A stretch of 63,141 nt of DNA, the filler included, from Licmophora abbreviata (Eukaryota), in assembly GCA_900291995.1 (NCBI GenBank). It is 12 parts of 12 records of this genome, joined end to end, with 100 filler letters (N's around TTAATTAATTAA, not from the genome) between each part and the next. Parts side by side here need not be neighbours in the genome. Positions count along the whole stretch, not along the records: positions 11,067 to 24,632 come from OLMU01004384.1; positions 24,733 to 31,062 come from OLMU01004385.1; positions 31,163 to 42,512 come from OLMU01004387.1; 9 more parts are not named here. One strand, given 5' to 3'. The translations under genes were made by a program, and so were the position numbers. This document shows, in pieces, positions 23,232 through 33,915 of this stretch. Under the pieces are notes generated by a model, which did no database searches, was not told the origin of the DNA, and saw only the letters and a list, made by a program, of their open reading frames with translations. Every line of letters begins with the position of its first letter. Positions within the stretch are counted from its first letter, which is position 1.

Positions 23232-24355
23232 TCATGCACAATGTGCCAAGTTCCCGCCGGCACTGTTCATATTCAGTTGCTGCTTTGTTTGCCCTGGTAC
23301 GGGTGCAGTAGTCGCTGTCGCTTGGCCAGGAGTATGAATAACGGGTGTCGTCATGGGATGCTGCATGGCAGCATTAAACATCATGGGAGGCATGGCCATC
23401 ATGGTCGTAGTCCCTGGAGCAGCCGTGGCGACGGAAGTCGTCACGGCGCCTGAACTTGTGCCAGCAGTGGTCAGCGGAGCAGTACCAGCAGCTGGTTGCG
23501 ACATGAACGGCTGCGGCATAAAGTGCGTCGGTGCTGCCATAGAAAAGGGCGCGGCTGGTGCTCCGGCTGTCGTCATGCCGTCTGGAGACACCATCATTGG
23601 TACCATCATCATGACCTGCGATTCGAGACGAAAGAAGAGAAATTCGAGGCGGCGTTAGAACAGTCATTTCAAACAGTGGCTTCTCCTCAACTCTTTGCAG
23701 CTACCGCACTTACCGGCTTCGGGGGTCCCTGCTGGTACAGCGTGGCTTCCTTCAAGCGCGCCGCTGTGTGCTCTGCCATTTGATTGGCCTCTTGCACTTG
23801 TTTTTGCAGGTCAGAAATCTGAGTCTTTCGCTTCTTGCTGGCGTCTCTCATACGCTCCAAGACGCCAATGGTTCTAGCAATCAAATCCACGCGGTTCATG
23901 GGTCCAAAATTACAAGACGAAAGTCGACCATCCTCTCCCAAGTCTTCTGTCTCGATGCGCTGCAGCAATACGGTCAGGTCGCTGAAATGCTTGTTTGTAT
24001 CGGACCTTCTTTGCTTTTCGCGACACCGTTTGCGCTGTGCTCGTGCCTCGGACGATACTTCTTCCGGAATGGCTGCCGCTTCCGATCGAGTGGTGCAACT
24101 CGTCCCTTCGCCCTTGATGTCGTCCTGTTCGTCTGTCTGTTGCAAATAACCCGGAGAACCAACTGCTGCACTTCCAGCAGACGATGCTGGTAGCAGCGTC
24201 TCATCTTGATCGTCTCTTTGCTCAGATTGAATAAGGCCCTCGTAACCATGCATCGCTCCTAGCAGCTGCTGAATGTCATCTTCACTAAACGGATCACTCA
24301 GAGGAAAGGAAGGAGGACTGTGAGGCGCAGCGTTGGCATCGGAAGGAGGACTCAT
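23232..24355 (-). CDS. bHLH transcription factor (2 exons: 24355-23714, 23615-23232)
   Basis: Basic region RKRCREKQRRSDTNKHFSDL, helix 2 NRVDLIARTIGVL, following coiled coil; Met/Pro/Ala-rich tail; GTAAGT...CAG intron in frame. Confidence 0.85.
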
Positions 24356-24424
24356 GGTGGTCCGGCCACAACGCGCTGAAAGAGTGTCTCCCCATCAAAA
24401 TTGAACCGCATCTTTCATCATTTT

Positions 24425-24548
24425 ACGTAGAACTCAGTATGATAGCTACAGAGACTACGTCACTGCGCAGATGTCAGTACAAATACCCCACGTAGGTAGG
24501 GAATTTCGAGGTCTCGGAGAGCCAATCACAAATGTCGCAGGGTGACGT
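24425..24548. promoter_or_regulatory. Cluster of four ACGT cores (two TGACGT) plus a CCAAT box upstream of the bHLH gene
   Basis: ACGT at 24425, 24457, 24490 and 24545; CCAAT at 24522; 70-190 bp upstream of the ATG. Confidence 0.4.
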
Positions 24549-24632
24549 CGCACTAGAATTCCAACTCCAAACCAAAAATCTATCGAAAAGATCGCCAACA
24601 CAAAAATACAAAACCAATCAACTAAAAAAAGC

Positions 24633-24732
24633 NNNNNNNNNNNNNNNNNNNNNNNNNNNNNNNNNNNNNNNNNNNNTTAATTAATTAANNNNNNNNNNNN
24701 NNNNNNNNNNNNNNNNNNNNNNNNNNNNNNNN
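24633..24732. other. Artificial contig linker
   Basis: 44N-TTAATTAATTAA-44N. Confidence 0.98.
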
Positions 24733-27059
24733 GCGCTTCCGACTCATCGCCCATGTACAGGTCCTTCATGGGTGGAAGAGGGGGAGCGGTGAGAGGATCA
24801 ATTCCGTGCATTCGCGTTCCCGTCAGCATGCACTCTGGCAACTCGTCTTCCTCATTCCCCTGCACGACATAACCCATGTCCATCGTCAAGCCCGAGGTGT
24901 AGCTGCGAACGACGGAGAGGATACCACGAGCCGCCGATGATGCGACAATGTCCAAATCTGCCTCGAGGTACAAGGCCTTTTCTCCATCCTGTGGCTGATA
25001 CACGTAGTTTACGGGAAGCTTGGTTCCGATAATGGCCGGTTTGCCACCCACCACCGATTTGACGACCCAAGGACCTTCCACGACAACAGGGACAATCTTG
25101 AGACGGTCGTTCTTGTACTTGTCGTCTCCCATGAGGAATCTGGCGACGGTGCGGTCTGCTGGAGACATATCGTCAAGGGAGGGAAGAGTCGAATCGTCAA
25201 ACGTGGGTTCGTATTGTTTGTGAATGAATGGCAAGAATCGTTCGGGGATTTCAAAGTAATACAAGAGCACACCCCAGGGGAGACGATAGTTGACGATAAA
25301 TGTGGGCAGCTCACGAAGAACACCCCCCATGACGCCAGAGATGCTAAAAGAAGAAATAGTGATGTGAGAAGTGAGCCTTTCAGGTTTGGCAAAGCGTAGA
25401 ATATACGTTGGTCATCAACGTCGACTCACCTTCCAACGTTTTCGGGAGAGAGGTCTGTAAGAAACAAATCAACGCCGCGGCATGGAAAAATGAAGTCACC
25501 CGAGGGAATCTTCTTCTTGTTTTGCTTGTATTTCGGGCCGCGCACGTGAAAGTCGGCATACTTTGGTTGCGACCAGCAGTTAAATTTCGATCCGAGAGCT
25601 GCGCCTTCTGGGAATATTTCCATTGGGCTCTGAATGAGCGGCGGGGCGTCTTCCTCCTCCATGACTTCTTCCCAGCTTTCTGCATGTCTTCTTCTGCCTT
25701 GGGACTAGCCAACATGGACTTGCGCAGCAACACATCACTGGAGCGTCGCCGAGACGACTGTCTCTTAAAGGTGACAACTGGCGGTGCAGGCACGTTACTG
25801 GATACATCGACGCCCATGCGTGTGGCGCGGGGCAAGTGAAAGCCAAGGCAAAAGAAGGCAAACACGACCAACAAAAAGATGTCTGTGTCAATCGTCACTT
25901 GCGTGAACGAGGCTGATCGTAGCACCACAAGGAGGACGAGAGTGATTAGCATGAACACGTAGGGGTCCGTTTCCAAAACCTCCGTCAGCTTGCTCCCGTT
26001 CGATCGGACAACGGGAACAGGAGCCGAATAGGACGGCAACATTGCCTTCTGGTCGCGATCGTCGTCCAAGAAGAGTTTGGGCTGGTCATCATCGTGCAAA
26101 AGCTCTGCTTCGTCCTGAGCGCGAAACATCACCGACTTTCGATGTTTGCGCGAGACAGGAACCACAGGTGACATGATGCTTCTGGGGGCAGGTTCCTCTT
26201 CCTTTTTTTTATTTCCTTGAAAGAACTTTCCAAAGTCACCAATGGGAGCTCCCTTTCCGGGAGTGAATCTCCTATGGTTACTCTTATCGTCTGATGTCGC
26301 CACCGTAGAAGCATCATCCTCGTCGACGTGGTCCGTCAAGAAGAACAACTCGATAGCACCGGCAATTTCTTCTACAACAGAGGGACCTGATGCCTTTGCG
26401 GGGTAGTTCTGAAGGATGCTCTCGAGGACATCGTTGATCGTCTGACTGCGCTGCTGAGAAACCGACTTGACGTAGTTCAAGTTCACCTGATGAAATCGGA
26501 ACAAAGGCGGAGTTATCCAAAAGTGAGCAGAACAGAAATCCGACGACAATGCATACTTAGAACGGGGTGGCGACCAGCTTAAGATTGACTGGAAATTTAC
26601 CTTTCCAAGATACTGTGTACGCTGTGTCTGCACCAGGTGAGATACTGATTCGGCGAACTTGATACTCTGCTTGACGTCTGCGGGGAGGCTGTCCCAGTGT
26701 TTTTCTTTCTTGGCCGCACGCTCCGCGACCTTCTTGAGCTGACTGGCCAGAGTCCGGAACGCCGAATACGTTTTGCTGAGCCTGTTGATTCATGATTGGG
26801 GTGTCAAGTCAAGCTACCATGTGAGAATATATCGCAGCAACGAGCTGCACATTGTTGCACAAGCGTTCTGCACACCAGCTGCTTACTTGAAGGTCGCAAA
26901 GGATTCTTCGAGGGTCACATCGCTCTTGGGCTCTACTTTGATTATGTAATCCGTTTCCACTGCAAATCCACCACCAATACGATGATGATCCAAATCTTTG
27001 ACAACGGCAGACACCTTGTGCTTGGCAAGGGCTGCCGAAAGGGGGCTTTTGTCGGTCAT
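24733..27059 (-). CDS. EDR2 C-terminal (DUF1336) domain protein with PX-like N-terminus and two TM helices; multi-exon, apparent frameshift at ~25672, 3' end at contig edge
   Basis: WSQP..ADFHVRGPKY...KKKIPS, VDLF, KNDRLKIVP.VVEGPWVVK..VGGKPAIIG, YLEADLDI, QGNEEDELPE; N-terminal TDYIIKV...SKTYSAFRTL resembles PX; introns at ~26886-26784, 26600-26487 and 25429-25344. Confidence 0.82.
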
Positions 27060-27845
27060 GGTGATCTTACTGAGAGAGCGTGATGTTGTGTGTTGGCAGA
27101 GTTCTCGAAGTGGTTTGGAATTGATACTAGTAGAAGACTTCACGTAGAACCTACCATGCAAATGTAATGCAAATTGGAACGCGATTGGTTTGGAAAATGG
27201 TATCTTGAGGAAGATACTGTAGCTCGGACCTCGTGATCATTAGAACAGAACAAGGCTTTTACGTTGTAAACTACTCCGAGTACACCACAAGAACCAGCAC
27301 GACCGGCTAGAACGCGTCTCTCAATCGCTGAGAGCAATTCCTGGCCACGCCTCTGCGCCCATGCTCCCAGATATCATACGAAGAGCTTACACCGCCCGTT
27401 GAATGGCTGGAGAGGACTTAAGGACACGCGGAGAAACGCAGTCCTTGGTTGAAAACTGTCGACTGCTCTACTATGCGACGATGGAGAGACCACCAGGATA
27501 TCATGCCACTAGCATTCATTATAGACTCACACAGTATCATTTCGCCGTCTACCAGGGGCTTAACGGCTAGTGGAATCTCATCCATCAGCTTTTTGAAACC
27601 GCGCTTCTGAATCTTCCTGGTGCTCATCGTCATCGTCGTCGAGTAATTATCCCATGTCATCGAATGCAACATATTTAGCAGTGGTCTACTCTTTCGGGGA
27701 ACCAAGATTCATGCTTCTCGCCCAAAGTACCTTTGTATAGACCTGTCGCATTTTCCCTTCTCTCCCGCTTGACAAGTGTCTATTCCAGCGAAGGAGTTTC
27801 ATAGCGTCGACAAGGATGCGTTTCACGACTGATAAAAATGCCGAC

Positions 27846-29614
27846 TTACTGCTCCTCCTTGTGAACTCCAACATTGCCGTGATCAGCTACCGCGTTGCTC
27901 TTTTTCCATTCACGTGCTGCCTTTAGATCCTTGGACCAAAACGAGCTTTTCTGCTTGGTTGGCGCGACCTCTTTTATCTCAAACATAACCATACCGCTCG
28001 CCCAGATACACACGATGTTCATAACAGTCAGAGCCAACGAAATGCCACCAATGACCGCAAAGTCGTGCGCATCCTTGTCATTCGAGTTGGTGACGGCTCC
28101 AACGGCGAGGAAAAAGGAGTAGATAATACACACACCGGTGTTGACGGCGGGTGGAAGAAGAGACGCACTAATCGCCACACCCACCAGACTGCTGGTGTTG
28201 CCATCCAACATAGACAGACAAACGCCCATCCCAGAGGGAATGGCAATGGCAATACCTGTCAACAGACCTGCTGATTCACCTCGAATCTGCATCTCATTCG
28301 TTGGCCAGTCTTCTGCGAGACCCGTGAAGCTGCTGGCGAGACCTACAAAGACACCGATAATGATACAGCCGAGTAACGCCAAAACTTCATTGTAGAAGGA
28401 AGATCTGACAAGATCCCAATCTTTGATTCGAGTACCAAATGTGCAGCCAAGAACAGGTCCCATAATGGGGGCAACAAGCATCGATGCGACAATCACGACG
28501 GTGTTCTCCGTGATAAGTCCGACCCCCGCCAAGATCGATGCCACAGTCAGCAACGCCAGAAAGTCAAAAGATATGGCTGACTGCTCCATGATCTTCTCTC
28601 GAACTTGCTCAACTCTTAACGTTGTGGCTGTATTCTTCCATTCCTGTCGAGCATCCTGAGTTCTTCTTTCATTCCTTAATCTCTCGTGCTCTTCGTTGTT
28701 TGGATCCTCCACGTCGACGTCGTCCTCTGTCACTTTGTCTCGTCCTCGAGCGACGGACTCAGCTGGAGTAACACTTTCTGACTTTGATTCTTCTTCTCTG
28801 GCTGACGCAGACAAGTGTGCATAAGGCGATGCCGTCCGACACAGTTCTGCCCGAAACACGCTTACCGTGCCCGTATCAGTGCCGACTCCAATTCGTTCCA
28901 ATCGATCGAGAATTATCCCTAAAGAAGCCGGTTGCACCATGACTTGGACTTGAATCCAACCCGCGTTTCAATAGATTCATTACTTACTTGTCTCTTCAGT
29001 GTCAAGCTACGTAGAGGAGCCTTCGTATCCTCGATTCGTCGATGCGTAACGGTGTACACGGGGAAGTTGAGCAGGTGCCACTCTTCCAATAGCGATTGAA
29101 AGGTTAGTCTGATTAATTCTTCGACATTAATCTCTGCATCATCAGGATCATCGCTCATCTTTTTCACCGCTGCCGCTTCTTCCGGTGAGACTATTTCTTC
29201 CTTGTCGTCGTCCTTCTCCTCGTCCTCCTCCTGTTTAGGTTCTTCTTCCCTCGATGTCGGCTCGTTATTTTGTGCCTCGTCCTTCACTTCTTCCGACTTT
29301 GAACGCGCTTTCATGTTCTTAAGGGACTGTAGAAGTCGCACAGCCGTATGTTCAGCGTCTGGGACTTCCTCCTCTGAAGCTGTTACGTCTGAAACCTTGT
29401 CTACAAGTGGAGCGGTATCCATAACTGCGGCCGGAGCATCGTATGTCTGCGGTTGTTCGTCTTCTTGCTGTTGGGGAGCCATCGCTTTGATGTCGTTTCT
29501 CGATTCTGGTTCTTTTTGCTCTTTCACAGAAAAGATGCGAGGGGCAACAATCGAGACCAGCAACGCCTTGGTAGTCGAGGTAGGGCCATCATCAGTACTC
29601 AAAGAAGAGGCCAT
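27846..29614 (-). CDS. DUF389 family integral membrane protein with acidic N-terminal extension; apparent frameshift at ~28957
   Basis: VASILAGVGL..ENTVVIVASMLVAPIMGP, GVAISASLLPPAVNTG, about 7 TM helices; the upstream ORF joins if one base is restored. Confidence 0.8.
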
Positions 29615-29819
29615 GGTGGTGATCCGCAAGAGACATCAAAGCAATTTCAAAATTGACTCGACTCACTCCATCACGCAATACGCAACGGTATCTTGGAAAA
29701 GATACTGTAGCGCGGACCTCGTAATGAGAGTGGCCATCACTTTTCTCTCTTCTCGCACAAAGAACGAAGACGTCATGGCAGACAGTTACAGGGTAGCGTT
29801 TTTGTGATCTTTACGGCCA

Positions 29820-30932
29820 TTATAAAGGCAATCTCTTCATCCATGGAAGCATATGCGCATGAATCTGACCTGGGCATTCATCATGTGGACAGTGGCCAGC
29901 TCCAGGTAGAACCTGTAGCTCAAAGTCATCCGTATAATTTCCAAAGGAGTTTCCCGGATGCGCCCCGCCATCGAGCGGCGTCCAAGGATCCGCATCTCCC
30001 CACAAGGCCAGAACAGGACATAAGACATTCGGTAGAACAGCTTCCGGCTTTGGCCCTGGTGGTCCCGCCATAACCTTGAGAAATACTTCTTGGGCCCCAT
30101 CATCTTCGGACGGTCCCAACAACAAGTCCATCAGTTCGTCATTTACATTGGTCGTGTCGCCATAGACTCCCTGCTTGTTCAGTATGCTTTCAACGTTTTC
30201 TCGCGTCTTGAAGTTTTCAAAGAATCTACCACCCAATGACGGCCCCAACACGACCTTCTGTACGAACCATAGTAGAGGTCGAAGATACAACGGTGAATCT
30301 TCATATCGGAATCCCGTCATGCCACCGCTGCAGTTGAACAAGACGACTCCTCGGACAAGCTTCGGGAGCTGTTCTGCGACACACAGCGAGCACAGCCCAC
30401 CGATCGAGTTCCCTGCAACCACCCACTGTTTATCTTTGTGCATGGTCTGTAAGAAATCCAGCAACAGTTCGACCCAAAGTTCAATGCAGTAGTGTTCGTC
30501 TTTTGGTTTGTCGCTGCCGCCAAAGCCGAGCAGGTCAATCGCATACACTCTGTATCCCTCTTGGACTAGCGCAGGAAACTGATATCGAAAATGATTTATG
30601 TTGGCTCCAAATCCGTGAATGAGTAAAATAGGAGGGCCATTGACTGGTCCCTCGACACGGTAGTTGATATTGTAGCTGTGCTGATTGCGCTTCCACGGAA
30701 AATTTTCAAAATAGCGTTTCACCTGAGAACTTTCTCCGCTTGCAGCCTCCTTCTCTGATTCAGTTGGCGTGGTAGTACTAGCGTCGGAAGAGGCCATACG
30801 GATCTCTAGAAACACTTTGGACGGAGTGGCGAAGGCTGCTCTCGGCTGATACATCGACCGCGGTGCAAAAGCGTCGACACGATTTCCAGCAAAGAACAGC
30901 AACACCCATATCACATCGCTACCTCTTCTCAT
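29820..30932 (-). CDS. Plastid-targeted alpha/beta hydrolase (pheophytinase-like family)
   Basis: LIHGFGA, AIDLLGFGGSDKP, nucleophile elbow GNSIGG, WGDADPWTP, AGHCPHDE; signal peptide followed by VDA-FAP (ASAFAP-type). Confidence 0.88.
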   Translation of the reverse strand: MRRGSDVIWVLLFFAGNRVDAFAPRSMYQPRAAFATPSKVFLEIRMASSDASTTTPTESEKEAASGESSQVKRYFENFPWKRNQHSYNINYRVEGPVNGPPILLIHGFGANINHFRYQFPALVQEGYRVYAIDLLGFGGSDKPKDEHYCIELWVELLLDFLQTMHKDKQWVVAGNSIGGLCSLCVAEQLPKLVRGVVLFNCSGGMTGFRYEDSPLYLRPLLWFVQKVVLGPSLGGRFFENFKTRENVESILNKQGVYGDTTNVNDELMDLLLGPSEDDGAQEVFLKVMAGPPGPKPEAVLPNVLCPVLALWGDADPWTPLDGGAHPGNSFGNYTDDFELQVLPGAGHCPHDECPGQIHAHMLPWMKRLPL

Positions 30933-31062
30933 GATGAGCGTCGTCCACAAGAGAGTGGGACAAAGAAAAGCAGAGCACGGACACCTGTTCCTCCACCCTG
31001 ACTGTCGCTTCTTTCAGCTTTCTGCTTCCAGATTTTCTCACAAACATAAAAACATCGCCATG

Positions 31063-31162
31063 NNNNNNNNNNNNNNNNNNNNNNNNNNNNNNNNNNNNNN
31101 NNNNNNTTAATTAATTAANNNNNNNNNNNNNNNNNNNNNNNNNNNNNNNNNNNNNNNNNNNN
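31063..31162. other. Artificial contig linker
   Basis: 44N-TTAATTAATTAA-44N. Confidence 0.98.
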
Positions 31163-31164
31163 GA

Positions 31165-32040
31165 AAACCAGTTCGGATTCGACCGACCAGTGTGGAAACG
31201 GGACAGAGGCGGGACACCAGCGGTTCGCGTGTCTGCTCGACTCGGGTGAATTCAACATTGGCGCCACAACAACAACCAGCTTCTTCCGCGAGCACGGACG
31301 ATCCACGCGTGCAGCGTACACCAAGTACTAGGCGTCTGGGACGTAGCATTCCTCCTGTCCCATTAACATCGCGTACTACTCCGGACATGCAAGACTACAT
31401 GCAGCGGCGTCCACAACCACCACGGGCGTTTAGAGCATCTACTGGGACTCGTCGACAGCGCGAACCTCCCGAAAGAAGAAGTCTAGGTACAAGCCATGTC
31501 TCATCTTCACGTCATCCGGAGAGAGGATTTGTTGTGCGAACAGTCACTTCGACTTTCGATGATTCTACAGAAGGGACTCGGCGTCGACAGCAGGAAGCCA
31601 ATGCTACCCAGTCATCGACGCAAACTGCCATTCCCATCATAAGGTCTCCTCCTGCGAATCAGCAGTCGACGGATGTGCCCATGAGGCGCATCGATACTCC
31701 TGCGGGGCGTTCCTTTTGGGTTAGCGATGTTTTGTATCATGAATTGACTTCCACTAGGAGCTTGAACGCATCTTCGGCTCAGCGATTTGCAAGAGCTCGA
31801 TCTGGCGCAATCGAGTCCCAGATTCGTAGCTTGCCCGTGTCGATTGTACATAACCCTAACGATCTGCCTTCGAAATGCAGGCAGTGTGCAATCTGCCTTC
31901 AAGACTTTCAGCGGGGAAGCGAGCGCAAGATCCTTCCATGTATTCATGGCTTTCACACCGACTGCATCGATCAATGGCTACGAGACTTCCAAACATCATG
32001 TCCTTGTTGCCGAAGCTCTCTTGCAGCGAGATCACGTTGA
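31165..32040 (+). CDS. RING-H2 E3 ubiquitin ligase, 5' partial
   Basis: CAIC...LPCIHGFHTDCIDQWL.....CPCCR (C3H2C3) at the C-terminus; frame open to the contig start. Confidence 0.88.
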   Translation, partial: KPVRIRPTSVETGQRRDTSGSRVCSTRVNSTLAPQQQPASSASTDDPRVQRTPSTRRLGRSIPPVPLTSRTTPDMQDYMQRRPQPPRAFRASTGTRRQREPPERRSLGTSHVSSSRHPERGFVVRTVTSTFDDSTEGTRRRQQEANATQSSTQTAIPIIRSPPANQQSTDVPMRRIDTPAGRSFWVSDVLYHELTSTRSLNASSAQRFARARSGAIESQIRSLPVSIVHNPNDLPSKCRQCAICLQDFQRGSERKILPCIHGFHTDCIDQWLRDFQTSCPCCRSSLAARSR

Positions 32041-32201
32041 AATATGATAATAGACTAAGATTGCATAGGTTCTATTACAGAGACTTCTCCAGTAATCTAG
32101 CTCTGACACGCGTTTGAGTGATTTTAACTGCAACGGTCCTTGGAGAATATAACAGCGTTGTGATAGTCAGCCTCCTTCCCACCTGTACTCCGCCAGGCGT
32201 A

Positions 32202-33653
32202 CTAGCTAGAAGTACCTTTTCTGCTTGCCAATTGCAGTTTGGCTTCTCGCGCAATGATATCAGCCGCCGTGTCAATGTCTTCCGGACGCGTCGTCGGTCC
32301 CACACTCAGTCGCAGAGTGCCCATTGCAAATTCGGGAGGCACCTCCATAGCTTTCAATACGGCTGAAATGCCAGTACCTTCCGAGTGACAAGCCGCTCCC
32401 GCACTGGCAGCCACTTGATTTTGAATACATGCGAGCAACTCCCCACTGTGAATGTTTCGGAGCCCGACACTAAGCGTATTGGGCAATCGTAGAGATGGGT
32501 CGGTAGGTCCGTTCGGTCGTACCATGTCTTGTCCAAGCTCGTTCGTGAGATGGTCCAATAATCGTTGTCGCATCTCTTCCATATGCGCCGCATTCTGTTG
32601 CCATTGTTGTTTCACAAAATCAGCAGCTCTCCCCAGTCCCACGATATACGGCACATTCTCCGTGCCACCCCGCCGTCCAAACTCTTGGCCACCGCCCAGT
32701 AACAAGACACCCCCGTCGGCCAAGGCCCGTCCATGCTCTTGACAGCACTTGTCACGCACATAGAGCGCCGCCACTCCTTTGGGCGCCCCAATCTTGTGTC
32801 CAACAATGGTCACCATGTCAGGATAACCAAGACTTGCCAGCGATACGTCCACCTTTCCGACGGCTTGCGCCGCATCGGTATGAAACAGAATGTGTCGTTG
32901 ACGACAAGCTTCCGCCACCTCCCGTACCGGCTGCAGCGCTCCACTCTCATTGTTGGCCAACATGAGGGTGACCAAGACCGTGTTGGGACGACACGCGTCA
33001 ATGACATCTTGTGCTCGGACTCGTCCATCCCGCTGGACCGGTACAAAGGTGATGTCCACCATGGCATTGCGTTTCGCGACGGAACGGAGACAGACGTCAA
33101 TTGCAGGGTGTTCCACATTGGACGTGACAATATGTTTTTTCGGGGACTGGCCATCATCATCAGTACTGCTGCTCAGTGCCAGTTCAATCGCTAGATTGTC
33201 TGATTCGGTCCCACAGCCTGTGAACCAAATGGAGGAGAGCGGCTCGTCGTCATCGTCGCTATCAGCATTGAGCAGTGACAAGAGTGACCGACGGGCCCGA
33301 TCTACCGCCATCTTTGGAGCTTGTCCGTACCAGTGGGAGCTGGACGGATTTCCAAAGTGCATCGTGAGATAAGGAAGCATGGCAGTAAGCACGTGCGGAT
33401 GAATGGGTGTCGTGCCGTTGTAGTCCAAGTAGATGCAGTGATCCGAACGAGAACTCTCGCCACGCTGATGTAGCTGCAAGAGTAGTGACGACAGTTCATC
33501 GTCCGAGGCGGTACCGGTATCTATGAGATCACTGAACGCCCGGCGATTTCTAATACGCGGATTTCTTGCATAGCAGAAGTAAGAGAACGAAGCTGCCGCT
33601 GCAGATATCGCAAGCGCCAACCAAGGAGCCGTCTTGCTCTCTCTTAGTGTCAT
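32202..33653 (-). CDS. PLP-dependent cysteine desulfurase/selenocysteine lyase (class V aminotransferase, SCLY-like)
   Basis: YLDYNGTTP, FGNPSS, GTESDN, VEHPA, MLANNESG, HTDAAQAVGK, VGHK (PLP lysine), GTENV, SAGAACHS (catalytic Cys), LRLSVG. Confidence 0.9.
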   Translation of the reverse strand: MTLRESKTAPWLALAISAAAASFSYFCYARNPRIRNRRAFSDLIDTGTASDDELSSLLLQLHQRGESSRSDHCIYLDYNGTTPIHPHVLTAMLPYLTMHFGNPSSSHWYGQAPKMAVDRARRSLLSLLNADSDDDDEPLSSIWFTGCGTESDNLAIELALSSSTDDDGQSPKKHIVTSNVEHPAIDVCLRSVAKRNAMVDITFVPVQRDGRVRAQDVIDACRPNTVLVTLMLANNESGALQPVREVAEACRQRHILFHTDAAQAVGKVDVSLASLGYPDMVTIVGHKIGAPKGVAALYVRDKCCQEHGRALADGGVLLLGGGQEFGRRGGTENVPYIVGLGRAADFVKQQWQQNAAHMEEMRQRLLDHLTNELGQDMVRPNGPTDPSLRLPNTLSVGLRNIHSGELLACIQNQVAASAGAACHSEGTGISAVLKAMEVPPEFAMGTLRLSVGPTTRPEDIDTAADIIAREAKLQLASRKGTSS

Positions 33654-33915
33654 GGTGATGTGATCGTACAATCGCGATGCTGTTTGTGTTTTTCTCGGAA
33701 GCATGACATGATGTGTTCGCGTCGCGTGAGCTCTCATCACGCAAAAAGTTCGATGTCTTCGCGGGAGCGCGAAAAAGGACGAGACGTCGCGACTCATTCA
33801 CTCATCGACTCCTTAGCACTCCCGGGCTACGATGCAAGCACGAAGTGCAAAAGATGGACAGACTACATCATAGGATTTACAGTATGCAGTCGTTCCTCAG
33901 AGTTGCGGATCGGCT

